A DNA stretch of 64,000 bases from Lama glama (taxonomy: Eukaryota), in NCBI GenBank assembly GCA_028534125.1, contig CM052817.1:102674001-102738000 (forward strand). Reading direction: 5' to 3'. The position numbers and the translations under genes were made by a program. The notes under the pieces are model-generated. The model ran no database searches, was not told where the DNA came from, and worked only from the letters and a program-made list of their open reading frames with translations. Below are positions 39,296 to 52,388 of the stretch, piece by piece. Within the stretch, counting starts at the first letter, position 1. The number at the start of each line of letters is the position of its first letter.

Positions 39296-39344
39296 GAGTG
39301 GTATATTATTTTAAATTATATAATATTTGTTAGGTTGTTTGAGA

Positions 39345-40870
39345 TTTTTATTTCTTTAAAAATGTATTGAAGTATGGTTGATTTACAGTATTATACTAGT
39401 TATTAGTTTCAGGTGTTCAACATAAGTGGTTCTATGTTTTTATAGATTATACTCTATTTAAAATTATTACAAAAAATGTCTGTTTTCCTGTGCTATATAG
39501 TATATCCTTGTTGCTTTTTTATTTTATACAAAGTAGTTTGTATCTCTTAATCCCATACTCCTCTGTCACCCCACACAACTGGTTAACTATTTTCTTCTCT
39601 GTATCTGTTGAGTCTGTTTCTGTTTTGTTATATACATTCATCTTATTTCTTATATTCCACATATCAGGGATAACATTTTTCTTTCTTTGACTTACTTCAC
39701 TTTTGCAAATGGCAAAATTTTTATTAATTTTGAGGCTGAGTAATATTCCATTATATATATATATATATCACATCTTCTTTATCCATTCATCTGTTGATGG
39801 GCACTTAGATTGCTTTCGTATTTTAGCAATAGTAAATAATGCCTCTATGAACATTGGGGTGCATGCATCTTTTCAAATTGCTGTTTTTGTTTTCTTTGCA
39901 TGTATACACAGGAGTGGAATTATTGAGAAATATGCTAGTTCTAGTTTTAGTGTTTTGAGGTACTTCCATACTGTTTTCCACAGTGGCTGCATCAATTTAC
40001 CTTCCCACTAACAGTGAACAAGGGTTCCCTTTTCTCAGCATCCTCTCCAACATTTGTTATTTGTAGACTTTTGATGATAGTCCTTCTGACAGGTGTGAGG
40101 TGGTACTGTTGTTTTGATTTGCATTTCTCTAGTTATTAACAATTCTGAGCATCTTTTCATGTGCCTATTAGTTACCTTATGTCTTTTTTGGAAAAATGTC
40201 TATTCAGGTCTTCTGCCCATTTTTTGATTGGGTTGTTTATTTTTCTGATAATGAGTTGTATCAGCTGCTTATGTATGTTGAATATTAATTTCCTGTCTGT
40301 TATATCATTTGCAAATATTTTCCCATTCAGTTGGTTGTCTTTTCTTTTTGTTGATGATTTCTTTTGTTGTGCAAAGGCTTTTAAGTTTAATTAGGTTCCA
40401 TTTGTTTGTTTTTGCTTTTATTCCTTTTGCTTTAAGAGACAGATCTAAAGAACTATTGCTGCGATTTATGTCCAAAAGTGTTCTGCCTATGTTCTCTTCT
40501 AGGAGTTTTATGGTTTCAGGTCTTACACTTAGGTCTTTTATCCATTTTGAGTTTATTTTTGTATATGGTGTGAGGAAATGTTCTCACCTCATTCTTTCAC
40601 TTGTAGCTGTCCGGTTTTCCCAGCACCTCCAATTGACTTTCCTCCATTGTATATTCTTACCTCCTTTGTAATAGATTAATTGACCACAAGTATGTAGGTT
40701 TATTTCTGGGCTCTTTTCTGTTCCACTGATCTATGTGTCTGTTTTTGTGCCAGTATTGTGCTGTTCTGATTTCTGTAGCTTTGTAGTATATTCTCAAGTC
40801 AGGGAGCATGATACTTCTAGTTTTGTTCTTTTTTCTCAAGATTGCTTTGATAATTTGGGGGTCTTTTGTT
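39345..40870 (-). mobile_element. 5'-truncated L1 of intermediate age
   Basis: L1 3' end (tattgaagtatggttgatttaca). ORF 40657-40839 (-) [32 protein letters not shown] is L1 ORF2. Confidence 0.88.
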
Positions 40871-43800
40871 TTTAATTATATTTTATAATTTGTTATTGAT
40901 AGTATAAAGGAAGACTATTATTTTTTATCCTTAAATATAGCATAGTACTTTTATCATTTGGTATTACTTGTTGAGCATCCTTTTAAATGTAAATGTAATG
41001 GGCATCATTATCTTATTTCTGATCTTAAACGAATGTATTTAAATTTATCCATTTGTTGAAATGTATTTATAAATTTTGTAGGTAGCTTTTATGAGTGGAA
41101 GAACATTTACATCTATCCATATTTTTATAATTGTTACATCATTTTTATCATTCTTGGTTTGGTCAGTAAAATGGAATTATTCTAAATATTATTATAATAA
41201 AGATGTTTTTTAAGACAATAGAACACCTATGAATGTAGAAAGAGCTGAGTGGGTGAAGATTGGAAAGAGCTTCACTAGAAGGTCAGGGAGTCTCTGATGA
41301 CTTCAGTCTGAAGCCCTGAACAAGTGAGTCTCTCAGTCTCCCACATTTGTCAGAAAAGTTCAGCAATTTTCAAGTCTCTGGTAAAAGCCAAGGTCTCTTC
41401 TGTCTTGTTCTGTAGCAGCCAAATAGGAACTTGTAGAGAAATCTGTGAAACCATGGTGTCTGGCTGCCACAAACTTCCTGGAATGAAAACTTTTCCTCCA
41501 GTCACTTTCCACATATGCAAGGTCTTCTTATTGGCAAATTCTAGCCTGAAGCAATGGGGAAGGAGATTCTAGAAAATGATGTTCCTGGTACCTGCTATGC
41601 AAAATTGATCTTAGGAGAGGATACAGTAAGGCAATGTTAATGACTGACAATCTAGCAAAATGGCAAATAGATATACAGCATATATTGAAATGATTGTGTA
41701 GATATTTTCCCTTTTATTCAATTTGGTGAATCACATTGATATAACTTTTTGATGTAGAACTTCTCTAGTGTAAGTCCTATTTAGTCATGATGTATTATTT
41801 TAAAATGTAGTTTGGGATCTAATTCTTTTACAATATCCTAAACAAACTATTAAGTATGTATATCATACATAAATGTTTTTGGTAAGAAATCTAAAAGGAT
41901 GCACTACACTAAGACAGAAAGTGAATTGAGGAGAAAGTTTTGTGATATGAAAAGTGAGAACAAATAAAAGACTTAGTAATAATTATCACTACCAGAGTGA
42001 GCAGTGACTAAAATAAAAGTCATTAGAAAAAAGCAGTAAAGTATCCAGCAATGGAAATTTTCATTTAAAAGACAAGACAATTTTCATTTAGTAATGCATT
42101 GTATTTGTTTGTTTGATAAAATGCTACTTGCATAGTATTTCTTATTTACCATAAATTAGCTGACTTTAAAATATTATTTTTTTTAATTTTCATGGCAATG
42201 GTTTGAGGTAGATAACACTATTATTCCCATTTTACAGATGAGAAAAGTGAGACTTAAAAAGTAATTGATATACCCAATATCACAAATCTGTGACATGGAA
42301 CCTGGAGCTAGGGTTTATACCCAGGCAATTAATTCCATGTAGTGCTATTATTTACTAATGTATTTTGCTACTTTGACACTGCAATTTGGTGGAGGGATAA
42401 CTGAGAGTCTAGAGGATGGTACTGACATGCCAAAGTTTTTGCCTTTTTAAAGAAGAAAACAGAGAACACGAGGCACTGTACTTCTCTCTAGATCGGATGC
42501 TAATATTCATAACCTGATTGACTCTGACCATCCCACAGGCACTGAATATACAAATTGTATTTCTAGCCACCCACATCCACTACCTTTCTATCATTATGAT
42601 TTCAAATTTGGAGTTCATGGAAGTTGATAGGCCCTTCGCAGGCTGTGTGATCATTCCTGGTACAGTGAATTGTGGTGAGAGAGGGTCATGAATATAAACA
42701 CGTCTGGTGTAATTGACCCTTATTGGACTAGAGGGCAGCTCTCAGAGAATTGAAAATTGTGATTTTGGCACAAAGCTCAAAAAGTTTTATGACAATGGCC
42801 CGAACCTAGTTGTTTATGTGGCTTATCCATCTCCACCTGGATTCTAAAGTGCCCAGATCTCAGTCTAGCACCTTGCAAGGGGTCAACAAGCTGTGATCAA
42901 AGTAACACTGAATGCCAAAGGCTCAAGGAATCTTTCTAAGAAGGATGATAAGAACTTTTCCGTTTCCAATTGTTATAAGCAAAAATAAAAAGGTTCTAGT
43001 TTATAGTCAGAAAGGGATTATTTAAACAGAAGAAAAATTTACTGGAGTTACTCCTCTGTGATCAAAAGTACTTCCTTTATTGTTACATTCTACTTTACCC
43101 TCTCAATTATAGTCCATGAAGTAAACATTGACCCATCTGGATGTACAGGGGCAGGAAAAAGGTATTTTTTTAACTTGGGTAGTAACCATTACTCCAAATA
43201 TATTATTTCAAAGAGGGAATAACTCATCCTAGAAAGAGAAGTACCCATCGTTTACCCTGTAACAGCTCGTATTAAGCCTTAGCGTGCGGCAGATTTATCT
43301 GGTGCGTGAAAGATGCAGTTTTCAGGGACTCAGCCGCCACAAATCTTGGTTCAGTATGTGTGGGTGGGACACACTCCGTTTCCGGAGATACTGACATGAG
43401 TGCTTCATACACTTCACTTAAGAAACATTCATCTAAGAAACGTCATGTTGCTTTCAGTCCTTGGTGGGGGGCTGTTTTCCTCTCTCCAAACCCGTAGAGG
43501 TCTGCAAAATACTCCTCCTGCCCCAGGATGATGAGTTAGTTACTTTGTTGGAAGATCTTCTGTAGGATTTCGAGTGGTCAACTGATCTTTGTTTAAATTT
43601 ACCTACAGATTTACCCCTTTTGTTGCTCTTTATTGTTTCTTGCAATTATTTCCCTCCGGTATTTTGTGAATTTGTTTATAATACTTGTTTTTTCTCTTAG
43701 TTATTGCCCAATTTTTGCCTTTTTTTATGCCTCCTTATTTCCTTTGAAAAATTGTAAAGTTGATTCGAGACTTTGAGTGATATTATTGTCCTCCAGAGGA

Positions 43801-44861
43801 GACTGGCTTTTTCTTTTGGCAGACAATGGAGACATAGACGGGAATTCATAGAAAACGGGTTGATCTGTTTTGAATCAGCGCCTCGGTGTTTTTAAGTGTT
43901 TGTCTAATTCCATTTCGCTCTTACTCTTACAGATTAGTCTTTACGATCTAAAGCCTGGAATGATTACCAGTCCTCTCCTTCCTTGGCCCCAGTCTGAGGA
44001 GACTGTCAAAAGCATTATTCAGCTTTTAACATCTTCTGCCTTTGGGAGAAAGCAGCACCACATGCAGAGATCTCCACTGTGAGCTTCACTTCTTCCTGGA
44101 CTCTTGGCTCCTGGGGTCTTCACTGCCTTAGTAATATTCTTGCTCCCTTGTGTGCTTTGTAATTTATATTGCAAAGTTGGTGGTCCTTGGAATTCTCTCT
44201 TTGCTTTCTTTTGGGGTCTAAGATGAAGATTCCTTCCTACAGAGAGAATTTATATATATTTTTTTCTCTCCCAGTTGCCTGGGAGTGCTACTATGCTAGA
44301 CTCATTTCAGTAGAGTTACTTGATTGAGGTTTTTGCTTCCACACACAAGGTCTGAATTCAGTCTGAAAACCCACATGAGGATTGTATAATGCCTTCAAAT
44401 TCTCATAGAAAATTTTTCCCTTTGCCTAGCAGGATGATTGATGCTAGCTAGTTTCTTACTGTCTCTTTCTGCACAGTGGGTTTATTTCTCATTAGCTTGT
44501 GAACATTTAACTCCCATCTTTAAGGATAAGTACCCATTAACCTCCCTACCTCATGCAGAGCCTAACCTTTATCTCCTATTGCTGTCACAATGAAAATCTG
44601 TCAACTTGAGCTTCAGAAAATACTCTCAGGATAGCAGCTGGCCTGTGTACTTGCTTCCTCACAGAAGTCTGCTTTCATTTGGTTGCTTTGTCTGGTTTTG
44701 GTGCTGTGTTTGAGTGTTTGTTTGCCTATATACATATTTTCTTTCTAAATAGCAGTACTTTTGAAAACATGATTCTGACAATATTTGTTTCCAGTACTTC
44801 ACATTGTTTTGCAGTGGAAGGGAGCTAAATAGAATAATGCCCATTCTGGAACTGTCCATTA

Positions 44862-45703
44862 TTAATTTTTTTATTGAAATATAGTCAGTTACAATGTGTG
44901 TCTCTGGTGTACAGCACAATGTCCCAGTCATGCATATCCATACATATATTCGTTTTCATATTTTTTTCCATTAAAGGTTATTATAAGATATTGAACATAG
45001 TTCCCTGTGCTATACAAAAAAAACTTTTAAAAATCTATTTTTATATATAGTGGCTAATATTTGTAAATCTCAAACTCCCAAATTTACTCCTTCCCTCTCC
45101 CTTTCCCCAGTAACCATAAGATTGTTTACTAAGTCTGCAAGTCTGTTTCTGTTTTGTAGATGAGTTCATAGTGTCCTTTTTTTTTTTTTAAGATGCCACA
45201 TATGAGTGTTATCATATGGTATTTTTCTTTGTTTGGCTTACTTCACTTAAAATAACAGTCTCTAGGTCCATCCATGTTGCTGCAAATGGCATTATTTCAT
45301 TATTTTTTATGGCAGAGTAGTAGTCCATTGTATATATACTCAGCTTCATAATCCAGTCATCTGTTGATGGACATTTAGGTTATTTTCATGTCTTTGCTAT
45401 TGTAAATAGTGCTGCTATGAACATTGGGATGCAGTTGTCTTTTCAACTTAGAGTTCCCTCCTGATATATACCCAGAAGTGGGATTGCTGGATCACATGGT
45501 AAGTCTATTTTTAGTTTTTTGAGGAATCTCCATTCTGTTTTCCATGTTGGCTTCACCAACCTACATTCCCACCAACAGTGTAGGAGGGCTCCCTTTCCTC
45601 CACATCCTCTCCAGCGTTTATCACTCTTGGACTTTCAGATAATGGCCATTCTGACTGGAGTGAAGTGATACCTCATTGTAATTTTTATTTGCATTTCTCT
45701 GAC
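44862..45703 (-). mobile_element. 5'-truncated L1 (3' UTR plus ORF2 end)
   Basis: Poly-T and ttattgaaatatagtcagttacaatg 3' end, same family as 8889-10150. TSD tggaactgtccatta (44847-44861) vs tggaattgtccttta (45705-45719), 2 mismatches. Confidence 0.9.
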
Positions 45704-48700
45704 ATGGAATTGTCCTTTAATGAAAGTTTATCTTTAGTGTAAAAAGAAAATTTTATCTTCCTAGAAGTAGTGTGGTCATGGAGTATCTTTTGCAGAAGGG
45801 TATATGGCAGTACGTCTTATGAATGTTCTTTATCTCTTCCTCTAAGACAATTTTAAATCAGCATTTTTTTTGCTAACATTTTTCTTTTTTAAAAATAGAA
45901 CCTGTCTTAATTGACACTGTCATCCATAATGTGCATATACCAAAGACAGCAAATTTATTGGGGAATTGGAGAGAGAAATGCATATGGGTCTCTCTTTATT
46001 CCCAGGAAAGCACTGAACTCAGCTATTCCTTGGTCATTTTTTCCTTCAGTTTCCTGAAAATATGGCTCAACTTAGTGTCATTCTGTAACGTTGACTGTGT
46101 TGGAGCGCTCTGTTAGCAATATGAGAAGAACAACAAAGAAATGGGAAACATAGTCACCACAGACACAATATCTAAAGACCATCTTTATTAAGCAAACCTA
46201 TCAAAAGACCAAGATATGGCAATATTCCTGTGATTGGAAGAAAATCTTAGAGACATTTTTAAAAAGTTTTAATATACAAAAGCTGATCATTTCTACCTGT
46301 AACTGTGTAATTCTCCCACTGGTAACTCGAGAAATAGAACTTCCTGCCTGTCTTCCTCACTTTATCCCTCCTCGCTTTCAGAATTTCCCTCCACCTTTAG
46401 AAATTCACCTGATGTCATCATACTGACAGGCTTATAAATAAACGAATGGAAAACAAGCCACAGGCTTTCAGAGAAGACAGGCAGTAAGTGGGAAAGCTTA
46501 AATGTAGAGTAGCAAAGGCTTGTGAGGTCCTAAGAGGGAAGATGATTTAAGGGACAAGTAGCTGAGATTTATTGAGAACCACCCTCATGTTCAATAAAGT
46601 CAGTCCATGTGAGAGCATCTCAGAACCGTGATCTAGTCAGAAGCTGATACTGTGATCAGTTTTTGCACTTTGTTTTCATGACATAGAAACACAGAGTAAC
46701 AGAAAGACTGAACAATATGGAAAGTGGTTCTAGATATTTATCAGAGGGGGAAAAATGCTGTTTTGTTGCCTTAGCGCTGAATGAGATTCAAGGGAAATAA
46801 AAATGAGTGAGATCTTAACTTCTGCTACTACAAGGTCCCTACGAAGCCAAGTCTGTACTTTAAACTCCATGACTTTTTTTTTTTTTAATCCATGACTTGT
46901 ATCACCGCACTCCTGGTTTCAAATTCTGGATCACATAGGAATAGATCCAGCCACATGTGTAAGCCAAGATCATGCTGAATGTGGCTGAACAAAAATAGAA
47001 GGTTTTTTTTTTCCTCTTTTAAACATCTAGGAGTTTGAAATTTGGCCATCCAGGGTGAAAGCGTGAGCATCACAGCCTCATCACAGCCTCTTTCCCCCAT
47101 TCCGCTGGCATCACATCTGTTCCCAGAAGTCAGGAAGAAAGGTATGAGCCGGCTTAGTCTGTTTTAAGTGCCTGATTTACAGTGTTCCTAGAAGCCCCAA
47201 CTAATGGCATCCATGTATTATTAGCCAGAACTGTGTCCGAAGCTACCTCTATCTACAAAGGAAGATGGAAAATGTAGTTTTTAGGTGTTCAGATTACCAT
47301 CTCAAGAAATAACAATTGTGGTTGGAGAATGAAAGGAGATTGGATACTGGGTGGTCCACTGACCAGTGCTCTGTGGGGTATAACCTTCACTATCTGGCAG
47401 GGGCTGTAGAGTATCATATATGCTTATTACTTGACCACATATTTATGATTCTCCTACAAAGGCACATTGTCAAGAGGTGAGGGCACATTCAAGAGGTGGG
47501 GCCATTTTTCTTGGCTTAGCCAATAGAATTGAGAGAAGTGATATGTGTCATTTCTTCGGGGAAGACTGAGAACTGGTGTGCATTTGCTGTCTGGTGCAGA
47601 ACTGGTAATGTTCTAGGTGGTGGTTGCTTTGCCAGCCTGGGTCCACGTGATTACAATGAGCAGAGTTCTTTGGCTGATCATGACAGGTGTAGAGGATGCC
47701 ACTTGTGTATGCTGTCGAGTCACAGCAATTCGAGGGTTACTTTTTACTGTCATGTGATCTAGCCTACCATCACAGTTACTTTCTAGCCCGAGATCTTAGA
47801 GAGTATCTGGTCATTTCTATTTCTTTATCAGTTTTTACATCATTTTCTCTTTGTATGCCTTTTTTTTTTTGCCTTTCTCTTCTTTCCTTTCACTGATCCT
47901 CACCACAGCCCTACCATCGCTTTCAAAGTGAACAGCACCTCTGAATACCGTCTTTCTCCATTACTGTCACTGAGCTCAAAGAGCTACTTTCTCTGAGCTA
48001 TGAAATAAGATAGCATAACTTACAGTGGCTCCGTCATCCTTGCCTTAGAACATCTTAAAGCAATAATCCTTAACCAGCCAAGTGCCCTGTCTAGCATCTC
48101 AAATTGTCTTATTTTTCCACTTTTCCTTCCAAATTGTGGGTAAGGTTGAAGATTAGTACAAAAAGAAGCCTCTTCAGGTTGAATGCTTGATTAAACCTGA
48201 TCATAGCTCAGCAAGTAAGCGATGGTTTTGATTTAAATTTCTATGGTACCAGCCAAGAATGCAAAGGATAAATAGGAAAGTTGATTCCAGATCACAAGAT
48301 GTAAGGTTTAAAATGTAACTGAAATGACATAAAAGAGCATATTTCTTGAAACTTCACACATTCTAGTTAGAGTAGGCTTAATTGGCTATATATTGCTATG
48401 TTTAGATGTCATGATTATGGTATATTTTTAAAGCAGAGACAAGTAATACCTTCTATTGGTAAGAAAGTTTTTGTGATGCTTACGTCCTACGGAGATGATA
48501 GAAATTACCTAAATGTGTCTTGCTTTAGAAGTAAGATATTATGTAGTAACTAGGTCACAATGATCAGATTTATAACAAGTATATTAAGTGCACATTAATA
48601 GTAGAGAATGAGCAAGACTGTTGGAATTTAGAACTCATCTTTGAAAGTTTAATTATGCTAAATAGAGAGTGTCCTGGCATGATGATAAGGAGTTAAAGAT

Positions 48701-49029
48701 TCTATTCCTCCCACTCTCTAATTATTTAGGGGTCTTTAATGAAATACATTATTCTCTCTGTCTTAGACACATCTCTGTTGATACTCAGGGAGATACATTC
48801 ATTTACTCGAGGTCAAATAACACCCCCAAATCCCAGGTTAATTACCCCTAGCAAGAATATGCATAGTTATGTTAGAAATAATCAGAAATTGCATCTTTTG
48901 CGGTAGGCACTACTTATTTTTGTTGGTTTGTTTGCTGTTCTTTCCAAATGTCAGTATTTGCTCTAAAGCTGCTTCTCCCACATCCCAAGTGGTTCTTCTG
49001 TGGTGGGCAAACTCCGTGCTCAAGAGATA

Positions 49030-49470
49030 ATTTATCATGAGTTGTGGATTGTTGGATTTGATTTGCTAATTATTTAAAAGTGCTTTTTTCATCTTCTTGC
49101 ATGAGGCATATTGGCCTGTAACATCCTTCTGTTTTTTCAATAATGTCTGTCAGATTTTAGTATTAATGTTTTATTGGCCTCAAAAAATGAGCTAGGCATT
49201 CATTCTACCTCCTCTAAATCATCTGTGCAAGATTAGTGCTGTTTCCTCCTTGAAGATTTTTAATATAATTCATCAGTGAAACCATCTGGATCTGGAGTTG
49301 GTTTTTTAGAGGCTTTGGATAAAAAATTAATTTCTCTAATAGTTATATATGTTTCTTCTTATTTGGTAAGTTGTATTTTCCAAAACTCCATCCACTTCTG
49401 CACTGACACATTTGTTTACATAGACTTTTTCATAGTACTGTTTTATATCCTTTTAATGTTTTTGTTGAGA
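49030..49470 (-). mobile_element. Old L1 ORF2 fragment
   Basis: ttggatttgatttgctaat...atattggcctgta...cagtgaaaccatctggatctgga; homologous to 58500-58760. Confidence 0.65.
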
Positions 49471-49959
49471 AGCATACCATCACAAGACTTCTAATAAATA
49501 CTCATTACTTTAAAAAATTTTAGCCTTATAAATATTGATCTTTACTCCTCTTCTTTTCTCATTTTATGAGCTACCTGAAAGAAGTCTGATCCATTTCCAT
49601 AATTTCAATAACCCTTTATAGTAACAGTATCTAAGCCTGATGGCACATGAGAAATACCTATCTGCTTTTAAAAAAAATACTATATTCTGCACTTCTCTCC
49701 AAACCAATTAAATCAGAATTTCTGGAGGAAAAACCCAGATGTTGGTGTACCCAACATCTCCCTTAACAGCTCTAATGGGCAACTATGGTTGGGAATCACT
49801 ATTTGAAATGCTCAAGACCCTAAAACTCAAACTTTTGCTAAATATTCTTCTGAGAACCTGAAGTCAACTTGTTTTTCAACTGCCTCATGGGTTGTTCAAG
49901 AAATCTGAGTTTATTACCTTTTTCTCTGAAACTTGCTTTTCTGTATTTTTTATTATAAA

Positions 49960-50410
49960 TAAACACAATTGAGGCAGATTTATATTAAAAATACACTGTA
50001 GTGTAGAAAAATACATATACCATATGTAACTGTCACTCTCATCAAGCTATGCCTTCCTGTCATCCCAAAGAAACCCCCCTGCTCCTTTGCTTTCACTAGT
50101 CCCATCCTTAACTATAGTGACCATTGATCTGGTTTCTGCCAAACATAGATTAGTTTAGCCAATTCTAGAATCCCATATAGATGAAGTCATGCAGAATGTC
50201 TTAATTTTGTTTCTGGATTTTTCCCTCTCAGTATAATGTTTTTGAGATATAAGATGTCTCTATATTATTATGTGTATCTGTAGTTTGTTCCTTTTCATTG
50301 ATGCATAGTATTCCATTGTATGAGGCTAACCTGTTTGGTTTATCTTGTCACTAGTCAAAAAACATCTGAGTTGGTTAGAGTTGTGGGCTACTGTGTCTCA
50401 AACTGCTTAT
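49960..50410 (-). mobile_element. Old L1 3' UTR fragment
   Basis: ccattgatctggtttctg...tagattagttt...ctcagtataatgtttttgagat...tagtattccattgtatg. Confidence 0.6.
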
Positions 50411-51035
50411 CTTGCAGCAGTAATGAAGCTTTTTCAACTGTCATCTTGGACTTCTAAAGTTAGACTGCCATATGTCCAAATAAATTACAAATCCTGATTT
50501 CTTCTCACAATGTCAAATTAGTGAAAACAAAGCCAAGGACTGAGGAAAATAAGTAAAATTAATATTGGGTCTTGGAAAGAGTCAGTAAAATAGGACTGTC
50601 AGAACTCTAGCCCCCCTTTCTTACCTCCTTCCTCCTACCATGATCAACTAGAATGCTCCCCAGGGGCAGGGAGCATTTGATCTGCCTTGTCACCCCAGTC
50701 TGAGGCCTGGCCACCACGTGGCCAGCTGAGTGTCAGACCTGTCAAGAGCAGAGACCATTGTTAAGCCCTCTCCCTAGCTCCGTTCCTCAGAGAACCAACC
50801 AGCCGTTTGGTAGTGGGCTGATTACCCAGAGGCAGCAGGGAGGACTTGTTCTCAAGCAGACACTTACTCTGGGTATGAATTTGCATTTCCTACCTGCACT
50901 GCTTCCATCAGCATTACCATCTGTGGAGTTACTGGGTGCTCTATTTGCCGTTGTGGCATTCGACACAGTATTCTCAGCAAACAACTCATTTAATAGTCAG
51001 ATAGATGAGGAAAAGGCCAACACTCACAAGATCCA

Positions 51036-51535
51036 NNNNNNNNNNNNNNNNNNNNNNNNNNNNNNNNNNNNNNNNNNNNNNNNNNNNNNNNNNNNNNNNN
51101 NNNNNNNNNNNNNNNNNNNNNNNNNNNNNNNNNNNNNNNNNNNNNNNNNNNNNNNNNNNNNNNNNNNNNNNNNNNNNNNNNNNNNNNNNNNNNNNNNNNN
51201 NNNNNNNNNNNNNNNNNNNNNNNNNNNNNNNNNNNNNNNNNNNNNNNNNNNNNNNNNNNNNNNNNNNNNNNNNNNNNNNNNNNNNNNNNNNNNNNNNNNN
51301 NNNNNNNNNNNNNNNNNNNNNNNNNNNNNNNNNNNNNNNNNNNNNNNNNNNNNNNNNNNNNNNNNNNNNNNNNNNNNNNNNNNNNNNNNNNNNNNNNNNN
51401 NNNNNNNNNNNNNNNNNNNNNNNNNNNNNNNNNNNNNNNNNNNNNNNNNNNNNNNNNNNNNNNNNNNNNNNNNNNNNNNNNNNNNNNNNNNNNNNNNNNN
51501 NNNNNNNNNNNNNNNNNNNNNNNNNNNNNNNNNNN
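51036..51535. other. Assembly gap (500 N)
   Basis: Run of exactly 500 N. Confidence 1.
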
Positions 51536-52281
51536 AATTGTTTTATTTGAGGTACTATACACTCACATGTAGTTGTAAAAAAATGATAGAGAAAAACTGA
51601 GCACCTTTCAGTTTTTCCCAAAGAGTTTTCCTGCCTAACTAGAGTGTAGAATCATCACCAAGAAAATGACATTGATATAGTCCACCAACCTTGTTCAGTT
51701 TTCACCAGTTTTACATGCACTTGTTTGTGTGTGTGTGTGTATGTGTGTGTGCGTGTGTGCATGAGCTTAATTTTATTCAATTTTGTCACTGGTGTAAAGT
51801 CATTTAGCCATCATCATAGTGCAGAGGAGGAAGAAGTTTTCCAAGACTCTCTTTGCATTCCTGACTGGATCTGAAAATTTTACTGACAGATTAGCAATCA
51901 AAAAGCATACAAATTCTGCTGAATTTTTACAGATACTTGGGAGCCTTCATTAGAGAATGAAGACCTGAGGAAGTGACCAGAGAAGAGAGCTTTTATATCT
52001 TTAGAAGAACTGACAAGACAAAGGGCTCTGTCCCACAATTCATAATTTTATCCACTATATGACACTGCCTCTATTGTGTCAGATTCCAGAGCTACTCAGA
52101 TCAACAACTCTCACATCCCTTTGAAAGATTTTTGTAAGTCTGAATTAGTATCTACTAATTATGGTCCAAAACAATCAACATGTGGAAAGTAGTTTTATTA
52201 ATTTAGTCATGAAATATTTATGGCATGTCTACAGACATGCTCCCCTACCCTAATATGGAACTTACATTTTGTGAGAGAGGC

Positions 52282-52285
<4 letters not shown>

Positions 52286-52322
<37 letters not shown>

Positions 52323-52388
52323 ACACACACACACACATATATATTTATGTTTTTATTTATATTTGTATTTGTATTTATATTTATATAT
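52286..52388. repeat. Compound (TA)n(CA)n microsatellite with TATTT[AG] repeats
   Basis: Read directly from the sequence. Confidence 0.95.

Larger units (their letters stand above)
35623..39296 (-). pseudogene. CXXC5: CXXC5 (RINF) retro-pseudogene, semi-processed (last intron retained)
   Basis: Frameshifted pieces SSLG..., [62 protein letters not shown]...[10 protein letters not shown] and KVML..GAAFRWF. Start codon ATG appears as CTG at 39077-39075. About 1 kb of 3' UTR, a decayed poly-T at 35623-35635, and TSD agtggtatattat at 35610-35622 and 39297-39309. Confidence 0.93.

Noticed and set aside
35623..39296. The functional CXXC5 gene itself, suggested by the intron
   Set aside because: It has a lost ATG, several frameshifts, a premature TAG, a flanking TSD and a poly(A) remnant. 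CXXC5 is also not a known neighbour of NPY2R.
38062..39370. Many overlapping plus-strand ORFs
   Set aside because: Antisense or off-frame reads of the GC-rich CXXC5 retrocopy, where stop codons are rare.
50758..51621. ORFs spanning the second N gap
   Set aside because: N-run artefacts with no recognisable protein in the real flanks.
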